Source: an uncultured Thermodesulfobacteriota bacterium | Lineage (GTDB): Bacteria; Desulfobacterota; GWC2-55-46; JADFVP01 | Length of the DNA stretch: 64,000 nucleotides | NCBI GenBank assembly: GCA_964605225.1 | Contig: CAZSAY010000001.1 | Location: forward strand, 7,663 to 71,662 | Reading direction: 5' to 3' | Shown here: in pieces, positions 28,266 through 35,981 of the stretch | How the letters are laid out: each line of letters begins with the position of its first letter | How positions within the stretch are numbered: position 1 is the stretch's first letter | Notes under the pieces: generated by a model | What the model was told of the DNA's origin: nothing | The model's database searches: none | What the model saw: the letters and a program-made list of their open reading frames with translations, nothing else | Program-made: the position numbers and the translations under genes

Positions 28266-29915
28266 ATGCAGACATCACTCTTTACGGGCATAAGCGGTCT
28301 TAACGCAAACCTCGCGGAGCTTTCCGTAGTGGGCAACAATATAGCCAATGTAAACACCGTGGGGTTTAAGGCGAGCAGGGCCATTTTTTCAGATCTACTC
28401 AGCCAGACACTAAACGCCGGGGGCAACCCCAAGCAGATCGGTCTTGGCGTGGACATGACTGGCGTTGAGCATCTCTTTAATCAAGGCGCCATGGAGACTA
28501 CGGGCAACGCCTTTGACATGGCCATAAGCGGCGGCGGGTTCTTTGTCCTGCAGAACCCGTCTCTTAGCAAACCCTCATACTCCCGGGCCGGTCAGTTCCA
28601 TGTTGATAAGGATAATTATCTTGTTAACCCCGAAAACCTGAGGCTACAGGGTTTTATGGCAAACCCCTCGGGTATTCTCGGCAACACCGTAAAGGACATA
28701 CAGCTTACGACGAATAATGTATCCCCCAATCCCACGGGCAAGATTGACATGTCCGTAAACCTCGACTCTAACGCCCCTGTAACGGGTTACGTCTTCACCT
28801 CCGGAGTGAATGATTCATTTGTCTTTGATGTTGGCGGCGCGGCCATTACGGCAAGCCTTGTAACAGATGGCGGACTTGCCACAGGCACTGCAAATGATGG
28901 AGGCTCAGTAGCGGCGGCGATAAAGTCGGCCCTTGAGGCAAAGAACGGCACAACCGATACCTATACCGTGGACTACGATGGAAAGACGGGAAAGTTCACC
29001 GTAACCAACAACACCGGGAACGGCACTACCCTTGCCATTGACTGGCCTACGAGCACATCGGCGGCCCTGCTCGGCTTCAATCCCGTGGCCTCCGGTCCCA
29101 TCGCGGCCGGCTCATCAGATGTGAGCGATCTGGCGGGCGGAGCCTTTAGCCTTGCCAGGGCAGGCGAGACCTCCAATTTTTCGGCGCCTGTTACCATATA
29201 TGATTCTCTTGGCAATTCCCATGTTATTACCACATACTTCAGGAAAAACTCCGTAGGCACCTCGGGCAACACATGGGACTGGTTCTCTGTAACGGACGCC
29301 GCTGACAGCACATCCGGGGCTTCGGAGATACAGGCCAACGGGAGCATGGTCTTTGATACAAGTGGGGCCCTTTTTTCCGAATCTGCCATTACCTATCCAA
29401 CAGGCGGTTTTGATTTTGCAGGCGGGGTAAATCAGAACCAGCTTATTTCTTTCGATTTCGGCACCGGCACTACCGCCGGAGGCACGGGCACGGACGGGAC
29501 CACGCAGTACGGCGTCGGTTCCTCTCTTCTGAGATTAAAGCAGGACGGCTTTGCCCCCGGCACGCTACAGAGGCTTGATGTAGGCACGGACGGGCTTATT
29601 ACGGGCGTCTTCTCCAACGGGACCAACAGGACCATTGCGCGCCTCATGCTCGCTGATTTTCCAAATATCACGGGCCTTACCAGTGACGGGAGCGGTCTTT
29701 TTTCCGAGACCGCCGCATCGGGGCAGAGGCTCCTTAACGCACCGGGGAACGGCGGTGTGGGCGTACTGCGGGCCTCGACGCTGGAGCTATCAACAGTGGA
29801 TATAGCCCAGGAGTTCGTAAAGATGATTACGGCCCAGCGGGGCTTTCAGGCCAACTCCCGTATCATAACCACTACGGACGCCCTTCTTTCCGAGCTTGTA
29901 AACCTGAAGCGTTAA
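28266..29915 (+). CDS. flgE: flagellar hook protein FlgE
   Basis: MQTSLFTGISGLNANLAELSVVGNNIANVNTVGFKASRAIFSDLL N-terminus and SNGTNRTIARLMLADF...VDIAQEFVKMITAQRGFQANSRIITTTDALLSELVNLKR C-terminus typical of FlgE. Confidence 0.9.
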   Translation: MQTSLFTGISGLNANLAELSVVGNNIANVNTVGFKASRAIFSDLLSQTLNAGGNPKQIGLGVDMTGVEHLFNQGAMETTGNAFDMAISGGGFFVLQNPSLSKPSYSRAGQFHVDKDNYLVNPENLRLQGFMANPSGILGNTVKDIQLTTNNVSPNPTGKIDMSVNLDSNAPVTGYVFTSGVNDSFVFDVGGAAITASLVTDGGLATGTANDGGSVAAAIKSALEAKNGTTDTYTVDYDGKTGKFTVTNNTGNGTTLAIDWPTSTSAALLGFNPVASGPIAAGSSDVSDLAGGAFSLARAGETSNFSAPVTIYDSLGNSHVITTYFRKNSVGTSGNTWDWFSVTDAADSTSGASEIQANGSMVFDTSGALFSESAITYPTGGFDFAGGVNQNQLISFDFGTGTTAGGTGTDGTTQYGVGSSLLRLKQDGFAPGTLQRLDVGTDGLITGVFSNGTNRTIARLMLADFPNITGLTSDGSGLFSETAASGQRLLNAPGNGGVGVLRASTLELSTVDIAQEFVKMITAQRGFQANSRIITTTDALLSELVNLKR

Positions 29916-29989
29916 TGTGTCTTTTTTTAGGCCCTTTCATAGGGGGCTGAACAGGTGAATAAAGAGGGCCCTCAAGGCCCTATTACAAA

Positions 29990-30026
29990 AAGAGGAGGTA
30001 TGCTTTCGCATGCCTCCTCTTTTTGT
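29990..30026 (+). terminator. rho-independent terminator after flgE (GAGGAGGTATGC-tttc-GCATGCCTCCTC-TTTTTGTTG)
   Basis: 12-bp stem (one G-U pair) plus U tract, 75 nt after the flgE stop; preceded by a smaller GGGCC hairpin. Confidence 0.7.
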
Positions 30027-30146
30027 TGCATAAAAATGACAGAGACCGGCACAAGACTTTGACTTCCCTGGGCGGAGAAAAATCGTGGTGCGGCCCTCAG
30101 AAGAGGTTTTAAGTTCATAACAGGCGTTCTTTTGCCGCCGCTCTCG

Positions 30147-30162
30147 TGGCACGGAGTTTGCA
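30147..30162 (+). promoter_or_regulatory. sigma54 promoter (TGGCAC-N5-TTGCA) for the fliL-flhB operon
   Basis: cgTGGCACggagtTTGCAct: exact consensus, ~45 nt upstream of the fliL start. Confidence 0.6.
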
Positions 30163-30207
30163 CTATCCAACTCTCAAGGTGAATCACTAACTAATGAGGA
30201 GACAATC

Positions 30208-30762
30208 ATGGCCGACGAGGCAGATAAGAGTAAAGAGAGCGCCAATGAGCCTAAAAAAAAGAAGAGCAAGCTTATCCTTATCATCATACCCGTCATTGTA
30301 ATCATACTCGGCGGCGGCGGTTTTTTTGCCTACAAGACTTTTCTCGCCCCGGCCAAAGCGGATGATGAGGCCTCCGCCGATGGGCACGCAAAGCACTCTA
30401 AACACGCAAAGCACGGGGAGAAAAAAAGTGAAGGCGAGTCCGGGGACGAGCAGGGCGATGGGCCTACCTTTTTCAGCCTCTCACCTTTTGTCGTAAATCT
30501 TCAGGATAATATTGGAACACGTTACCTCAAACTTACACTGAAGCTGGAGCTTGAATACCCCGAGGCCGAGAACGAGATAAAGGCTCAGCTCCCAAGGGTA
30601 AGGGACGCCCTTATTATACTGCTGAGCAGTAAGAACTACACGGAGATAGGCACGGTTGAGGGTAAATACAGGCTCCGTGACGAGATAGTAAAGCGCGTGA
30701 ATAGATTTATAACGGACGCGCCCGTAGAGGGCGCCTATTTTACCGATTTTGTTATCCAGTAA
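30208..30762 (+). CDS. fliL: flagellar basal body-associated protein FliL
   Basis: Single N-terminal TM (LILIIIPVIVIILGGGGFFAY) and a periplasmic domain with FFSLSPFVVNLQD...YLKLTLKLELE...LRDEIVKRVNRFI typical of FliL. Confidence 0.8.
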   Translation: MADEADKSKESANEPKKKKSKLILIIIPVIVIILGGGGFFAYKTFLAPAKADDEASADGHAKHSKHAKHGEKKSEGESGDEQGDGPTFFSLSPFVVNLQDNIGTRYLKLTLKLELEYPEAENEIKAQLPRVRDALIILLSSKNYTEIGTVEGKYRLRDEIVKRVNRFITDAPVEGAYFTDFVIQ

Positions 30763-30773
30763 GAGGTGTTTCC

Positions 30774-31772
30774 GTGCAGGACCAGATACTTGATCAAGAC
30801 GAGGTAGACGCATTATTACAGGGGCTCTCAGATGGGCAGATAGAGTCCGGCAAGGACTCCGATGAATCCACTGAGGGTGTTGTGCCCTATGATTTTACCA
30901 CTCAGGAAAAGACCGTAAGGGGCAGGATGCCTTCCCTTGAGATGGTTAACGAGAAGTTCTGTAACCGCGTGCGCGGGCCTCTTCTCAATGTTCTTAGAAA
31001 AGGCGTTGAGGTTGAGGCAGAGGGAATCGAGAGCGTGAAGTATGAGGAGTTCGTGAGAAACCTGACACTGCCTACGAGTATAAATATCTTTACCATGAAT
31101 CCCCTGAGGGGGCACGGCATACTTGTCATAGAACCCACGCTTGTGTACCTCATAGTGGATAATTATTTTGGCGGCTCCGGGAGATTTTATACGCGCATAG
31201 AGGGCAGGGAGTTTACCACGGTAGAGCAGTCTGTAATCAAAAAGATAGTAGGCGTCATATTGAAGACCCTCTCCACCTCATGGAAGAGTCTCTGCGAAGT
31301 TGATTTCGAGTTTGAGAAAAGTGAGATGAACCCGCATTTTGTTAACGTCATAGAGCCGGTGGAGATAATGATGGTCTCTAAATTTCATGTGGAGATAGAG
31401 TCTTCCACGAATGATGAGAAGAATAACACGTTCTTTTTCTGCATGCCCTACTTAAGCGTTGAATCAATAAAGGAGCGGCTCTACGGCAGGCCCGGCAATG
31501 CTTCCGTAGGCGCCGATGAAGGCTGGACGTCAAGGCTCAGGCAACACGTTGAACACGTGCCTCTTAAGGTGAGTTCCCTTGTAGGTGGTACGAGCATAAA
31601 GCTCTCTGAACTCCAGAAGCTTAAGCCAGGTGATGTAATACTCCTTGATAAGAGGATAGATGACCCCTTTGAGCTAAGGATAGAGGAAAACGCGAGGTTT
31701 ATGGGCCGTCCCGGGGTCTCATGTAACAATTACGCCCTGGAGATTCAATCGGTAATCAATAAAGGGGGATGA
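30774..31772 (+). CDS. fliM: flagellar motor switch protein FliM
   Basis: N-terminal LSQDEVDALL-type CheY-binding motif (ILDQDEVDALLQG), CheC-like middle domain and C-terminal SpoA domain; GTG start. Confidence 0.85.
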   Translation: MQDQILDQDEVDALLQGLSDGQIESGKDSDESTEGVVPYDFTTQEKTVRGRMPSLEMVNEKFCNRVRGPLLNVLRKGVEVEAEGIESVKYEEFVRNLTLPTSINIFTMNPLRGHGILVIEPTLVYLIVDNYFGGSGRFYTRIEGREFTTVEQSVIKKIVGVILKTLSTSWKSLCEVDFEFEKSEMNPHFVNVIEPVEIMMVSKFHVEIESSTNDEKNNTFFFCMPYLSVESIKERLYGRPGNASVGADEGWTSRLRQHVEHVPLKVSSLVGGTSIKLSELQKLKPGDVILLDKRIDDPFELRIEENARFMGRPGVSCNNYALEIQSVINKGG

Positions 31773-31773
31773 G

Positions 31774-32382
31774 ATGGCGGAGAGCGTAGATAAGAGCGCC
31801 GAGGAAGAAGTTGTGCCTGATAATGGCGAGGCAACAGGTACCCCCGATTTGGGAGAAGGCGGAGGTAAAGAAGGCGAGGGGCAGGCCGCCCCTGCCGAGG
31901 AATCCGGTACCGAGCCCACCGTCGAAGAAGGCGCGCAAGAGGAAGACGAGACCGTTACCGAGGATGTCTGGGCCGAGGCGCTGAAAGAGGCTGATGCAGG
32001 GGCCGGCTCCACGGAGCCAAAGGCGGAGGCCGAATCGACGGCCCCGGAAAATGTCTCCCCTCCTGTTGTTGATGCAAAGCCAGCCGATTTCGCCGAGCTT
32101 AAGGACCGGGGCACCGGGGCCCTTGCCGATATAGACATGATACTTGATATCCCGGTGAACGTCTCCGTGGAGCTTGGCAGATCTGTGATGATTATAAAAG
32201 ACATCCTGCAACTTGGTCAGGGCTCTGTAGTGGAGCTTGAGAAGATGGCCGGTGAACCCATGGAGATACTTGTTAACGGCCAGCTTGTGGCAAGGGGCGA
32301 GGTTGTCATGGTTAACGAGAAGTTCGGCGTAAGGCTTACGGATATTATAAGCCCCTCGGAGAGGGTGAAGAGGCTCGCCTGA
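31774..32382 (+). CDS. fliN: flagellar motor switch protein FliN with ~100-aa acidic N-terminal extension
   Basis: C-terminal SpoA domain DIPVNVSVELGRSVMIIKDILQLGQGSVVELEKMAGEPMEILVNGQLVARGEVVMVNEKFGVRLTDII; the N-terminal half is an Asp/Glu-rich low-complexity region. Confidence 0.85.
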   Translation: MAESVDKSAEEEVVPDNGEATGTPDLGEGGGKEGEGQAAPAEESGTEPTVEEGAQEEDETVTEDVWAEALKEADAGAGSTEPKAEAESTAPENVSPPVVDAKPADFAELKDRGTGALADIDMILDIPVNVSVELGRSVMIIKDILQLGQGSVVELEKMAGEPMEILVNGQLVARGEVVMVNEKFGVRLTDIISPSERVKRLA

Positions 32383-32759
32383 TGGGTGATTATTCATACA
32401 TGCTCTTAAGGTCGGTACTGGCCCTGGGCTTTGTCGTGGCGCTAATGGTGGGGGGCATGTACGCCTTTCGGAGGCTCTCTCTCATGCGAGGTTCTCCATC
32501 GGGCGCCCTTCCTGTTAGCGTTATTTCAAGGGCCTTTATGGGTCAGAAGAGCAGTATCGCAATAGTCGATGTGGCAGGTGAGGTCCTGGTGCTGGGTATC
32601 TCTCCAAACGCCATAAACCTCCTTCTTAAGGTGGAAGACCCCGGGGTTATTGAAGAGCTGAAAAAGAGACCGCGAGGCGGGCTGGGGCTGAAGGGGTTCA
32701 GGGCGATTATGGGCGTAAAGGCACGGAAGGGGCAAAATACGGAAGAAGGCATATTATGA
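32382..32759 (+). CDS. fliO: flagellar biosynthesis protein FliO
   Basis: Small single-TM protein (LLRSVLALGFVVALMVGGMYAF) between fliN and fliP; overlapping start and stop. Confidence 0.6.
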   Translation: MGDYSYMLLRSVLALGFVVALMVGGMYAFRRLSLMRGSPSGALPVSVISRAFMGQKSSIAIVDVAGEVLVLGISPNAINLLLKVEDPGVIEELKKRPRGGLGLKGFRAIMGVKARKGQNTEEGIL

Positions 32760-33544
32760 GTCTATTAAAAGTGATTCATGGAAAAAAACCCCTGATAAGT
32801 GTAGCCCTTGCACTCTGCCTTGCAGTGGTTCTTCTCGCCATATCTTCCGGCGCCGTGGCCGCTTCTCTGGGCGTGCCTTCCATAAACCTCTCCATAAACG
32901 GTGAGAGCGGCCCGGGAGGCCTCTCCGCCGCGGTACGGATAATAATACTCCTTACTGCTATTACCTTCGCGCCTGCCGTGCTTATTACCATGACGGCCTT
33001 TACGCGCCTCGTAATTGTCCTCTCCTTACTTCGCCAGGCCCTTGGCGTCCAACAGGTACCGCCCAATCAGGTCATTATAGGCATAGCCCTCTTTCTGACT
33101 TTTTTCGTCATGCGTCCAACATTCATGGAGATAAACAGGAACGCCATCACACCTTATAACGACGGGGAGATATCCGAGACCAGCGCCATTACCATCTCCA
33201 TTGCGCCGCTACGCGCCTTTATGCTTCGTAACATCAGGTCCCGCGACCTCGAGCTTTTTTTAAGACTTGCGAAGGTCCCTTCTGATGTGAAAAAAGATGC
33301 CATACCCATATACGCCGTAATACCGGCCTTTATAACAAGCGAGCTGAAGACGGCCTTTCAGATAGGCTTTCTCATATACCTGCCTTTTCTCGTCATAGAC
33401 ATGGTGGTGGCGAGCATTTTGATGAGCATGGGCATGATGATGCTACCCCCTGTGATGATATCCCTGCCATTTAAACTCATACTCTTTGTCCTTGTAGACG
33501 GGTGGTACCTCCTCGTGGGGTCCCTTGTACAGAGTTTTACATGA
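32756..33544 (+). CDS. fliP: flagellar export apparatus protein FliP
   Basis: Signal peptide and conserved FliP blocks (LTAITFAPAVLITMTAFTRLVIVLSLLRQALG...FLIYLPFLVIDMVVASILMSMGMMMLPP). Confidence 0.9.
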   Translation: MSLLKVIHGKKPLISVALALCLAVVLLAISSGAVAASLGVPSINLSINGESGPGGLSAAVRIIILLTAITFAPAVLITMTAFTRLVIVLSLLRQALGVQQVPPNQVIIGIALFLTFFVMRPTFMEINRNAITPYNDGEISETSAITISIAPLRAFMLRNIRSRDLELFLRLAKVPSDVKKDAIPIYAVIPAFITSELKTAFQIGFLIYLPFLVIDMVVASILMSMGMMMLPPVMISLPFKLILFVLVDGWYLLVGSLVQSFT

Positions 33545-33569
33545 CCTATGGAGGCTTTTGGGAGGCATT

Positions 33570-33842
33570 ATGATAACTACGGAATTTGTATCCACAATAG
33601 GCATGGAGGCCATAAAGACGGTAATACTGCTCTCGGCTCCCGTATTTGTGGCGGGCATGGCAGTGGGGCTTGTTGTAAGCATCTTTCAGGCCCTGACGCA
33701 GATTCAGGAGATGACCCTTACCTTTGTGCCCAAAATTGTCGCTGTTTTTCTTGCCCTTCTTTTTTTTATGCCCTGGATGATGAGGCTCATGCTCGACTTT
33801 ACAGCTAATATTCTTACAAACATACCCACTTATATAAGGTAG
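33570..33842 (+). CDS. fliQ: flagellar export apparatus protein FliQ
   Basis: 90-aa two-TM protein MITTEFVSTIGMEAIKTVILLSAPVFVAGMAVGLVVSIFQALTQIQEMTLTFVPKIV; start set at the ATG after ggaggcattATG rather than the upstream overlapping 33525. Confidence 0.85.
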   Translation: MITTEFVSTIGMEAIKTVILLSAPVFVAGMAVGLVVSIFQALTQIQEMTLTFVPKIVAVFLALLFFMPWMMRLMLDFTANILTNIPTYIR

Positions 33843-33846
33843 CCTC

Positions 33847-34617
33847 ATGGATTTCCTGGACATGCTCTTAAGATCAGCTCCCACCTTTATCTTCGTATTG
33901 GCGCGCACGGGCTCCATCATCTTTCTATTTCCTTTTTACAGGTTCGTATTTTTCCCAATGACCGTGAAGATAGCCCTCGTGGGGCTACTCTCCCTTATCC
34001 TTGTGCCTCTTGTAGGGGGCGTGCCTCTGCCCGGAGGTGTCCTGCCCCTTGCCATGGGGCTCGGTAGAGAGGTCCTCATCGGCTTTACCATCGGGCTTGC
34101 TACGAATTTTATCTTTACAGGCGTTGAGTTCGCAGGCCATCTCATGGGGTATCAGATGGGCCTTGCCATGGCCAATGTCTACGACCCATCAAGAGCCACG
34201 CAGGTCTCCATAATAGGCAGGCTCCTCGGCCTTATGGCCATGCTCATCTTTCTCTCTGCCAACGGGCATCTCCTTATCATAATGACTATCAAAAAGAGCT
34301 TCGATATTATCCCGCCTTACGGGTTTCACTTTTCAGAGGCCTTGGGCGACGGTCTCCTCGGTCTCTCACGGGAGATATTTATTCTGGGGCTCAGGCTCGC
34401 CGCGCCTGTCATGGCGGTAGTATTTTTTCTTAACCTTACTCTCGGCATACTCTCAAAGGCGGTGCCCGAGCTTAATATGTTCGTAGTGGGTTTTGCCGTC
34501 ATAATAGCCGCCGGGTTTTTTGTCCTTCTCATTACCCTTCCCGTCCTTGAGGGAGGGATGGAGAAGGCTTTGGAGGGGATGTGGCAGAGTCTGTATGGAC
34601 TTATAAGGGTGATGTGA
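33847..34617 (+). CDS. fliR: flagellar export apparatus protein FliR
   Basis: 256-aa polytopic membrane protein in canonical position with FliR-like GxxxG-rich helices. Confidence 0.85.
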   Translation: MDFLDMLLRSAPTFIFVLARTGSIIFLFPFYRFVFFPMTVKIALVGLLSLILVPLVGGVPLPGGVLPLAMGLGREVLIGFTIGLATNFIFTGVEFAGHLMGYQMGLAMANVYDPSRATQVSIIGRLLGLMAMLIFLSANGHLLIIMTIKKSFDIIPPYGFHFSEALGDGLLGLSREIFILGLRLAAPVMAVVFFLNLTLGILSKAVPELNMFVVGFAVIIAAGFFVLLITLPVLEGGMEKALEGMWQSLYGLIRVM

Positions 34618-34618
34618 T

Positions 34619-35686
34619 ATGGCCGATGACGGAGGGGAACGCACTGAACAACCTACCTCGCGGCGGCGTGAGGAGGCGAGAAAAGACGGCAACGTCCTTA
34701 CGAGTAAAGAGGTGGCTACGTTCTCCATAATACTCGGAGGTTTTGTCATGCTGAGCCTCTTTGGTTTTTATATTACAAAGGGGTTGGCCGCCTTTATGAG
34801 TGAATCCTTCCGTATGTCGTCAAGGGCCGGAAATGATATGAATATCATGGAGTTAATGAAGATATTTAAGGAAAGTGCTTATGTTCTCTCAAGGTCCTTT
34901 GTGCCTGTGCTCATACTGCCGGTATTCATCATAGCGGCCAATATAATGCTCCATGGAGTCGTCTTCACGACCAAGCCCCTCTCCCCTGATCTCGGCAAAC
35001 TTAACCCCGGAAAGGGTCTTAAGAAGATATTTTCCGTTGACTCCGTCTCGGAGCTTGCCAAATCCATCCTCAAGATAAGCGTACTCTCATATGTGGCCGT
35101 CTCTGCCCTCAGGGGAAGATGGGGTGAGATAGCCGCTTTTTCCGATGTAGGTATAGCCGGTATCGCAGTGAGGTCATGGCACATCACACTCCTTGTCATA
35201 TCAAGGACGCTCTGGGTCTTCGCCCTTTTAGCCGTTATCGATTACATCTATCAGAAGTGGCACTTCGAGAAAGGGCTGAAGATGACGAAGCAAGAGGTAA
35301 AAGAGGAGACAAAAACCTCAGAGGGCGACCCCCTTGTGAAGTCGCGGATAAGGAGCGTTCAGAGAGAGATGGCGAGAAGGCGGATGATGGCCGATGTCCC
35401 CGGGGCCGACGTAGTGGTGACAAACCCCACGCACCTTGCCGTTGCCCTCAAATACGATACCGATAAGGCCGCGGCCCCATATGTGGTGGCAAAGGGCCGT
35501 GACCTTGTGGCAATGAGAATAAAAGAGATAGCCGCCGAACACGCCATACCCGTTGTAGAGGATAAACCCCTTGCCAGAAGCATCTATCACGGAGTTGAGA
35601 TAGGCCATGAGATACCCGTGGAGCTTTACAGGGCCGTTGCAGGTCTGCTGGCATACGTTTACAGACTGAAAAACAAAGGCGCCTGA
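34619..35686 (+). CDS. flhB: flagellar export switch protein FlhB
   Basis: N-terminal MADDGGERTEQPTSRRREEARKDGNV; autocleavage NPTH motif (VVTNPTHLAVAL); four TM segments. Confidence 0.9.
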   Translation: MADDGGERTEQPTSRRREEARKDGNVLTSKEVATFSIILGGFVMLSLFGFYITKGLAAFMSESFRMSSRAGNDMNIMELMKIFKESAYVLSRSFVPVLILPVFIIAANIMLHGVVFTTKPLSPDLGKLNPGKGLKKIFSVDSVSELAKSILKISVLSYVAVSALRGRWGEIAAFSDVGIAGIAVRSWHITLLVISRTLWVFALLAVIDYIYQKWHFEKGLKMTKQEVKEETKTSEGDPLVKSRIRSVQREMARRRMMADVPGADVVVTNPTHLAVALKYDTDKAAAPYVVAKGRDLVAMRIKEIAAEHAIPVVEDKPLARSIYHGVEIGHEIPVELYRAVAGLLAYVYRLKNKGA

Positions 35687-35689
35687 GGG

Positions 35690-35900
35690 GGCCGGAGTAC
35701 AGAGGGGGCGTATAGGTGCAAAAGGGCGTATGGGTCAAAGGGGCGTATAAAACAAAGGGGCGTATGGTGCAAAGGGGGCGTGGGGGCGAAAGGGGGCGTA
35801 GGGGCGAGAAGGGGGATAGGCGAAAGGGGGATAGGGGGGTGAGGGATGGGGGTGGGGAGAAAGGGTTTTTGCTCAGGAATGAGGGGGCCTGACGGCGCGG
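35690..35900 (+). repeat. G-tract-rich tandem repeat island (~9 copies of AAAGGGGCGTAtGG-like 14-17-bp units) in the flhB|flhA spacer
   Basis: gggggcgtataggtgcaaaagggcgtatgggtcaaaggggcgtataaaacaaaggggcgtatggtgcaaagggggcgtgggggcgaaagggggcgtaggggcgagaagggggataggcgaaagggggataggggggtgagggatgggggtgggg; + strand nearly C-free. Confidence 0.7.
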
Positions 35901-35981
35901 TCAGGAGCCATTAAAGACGGGTTTGGCGGGTATCAACTAAGCGGTCCAGAAGGGAAAAATATAAGAAGGTAAGGGTAGATA

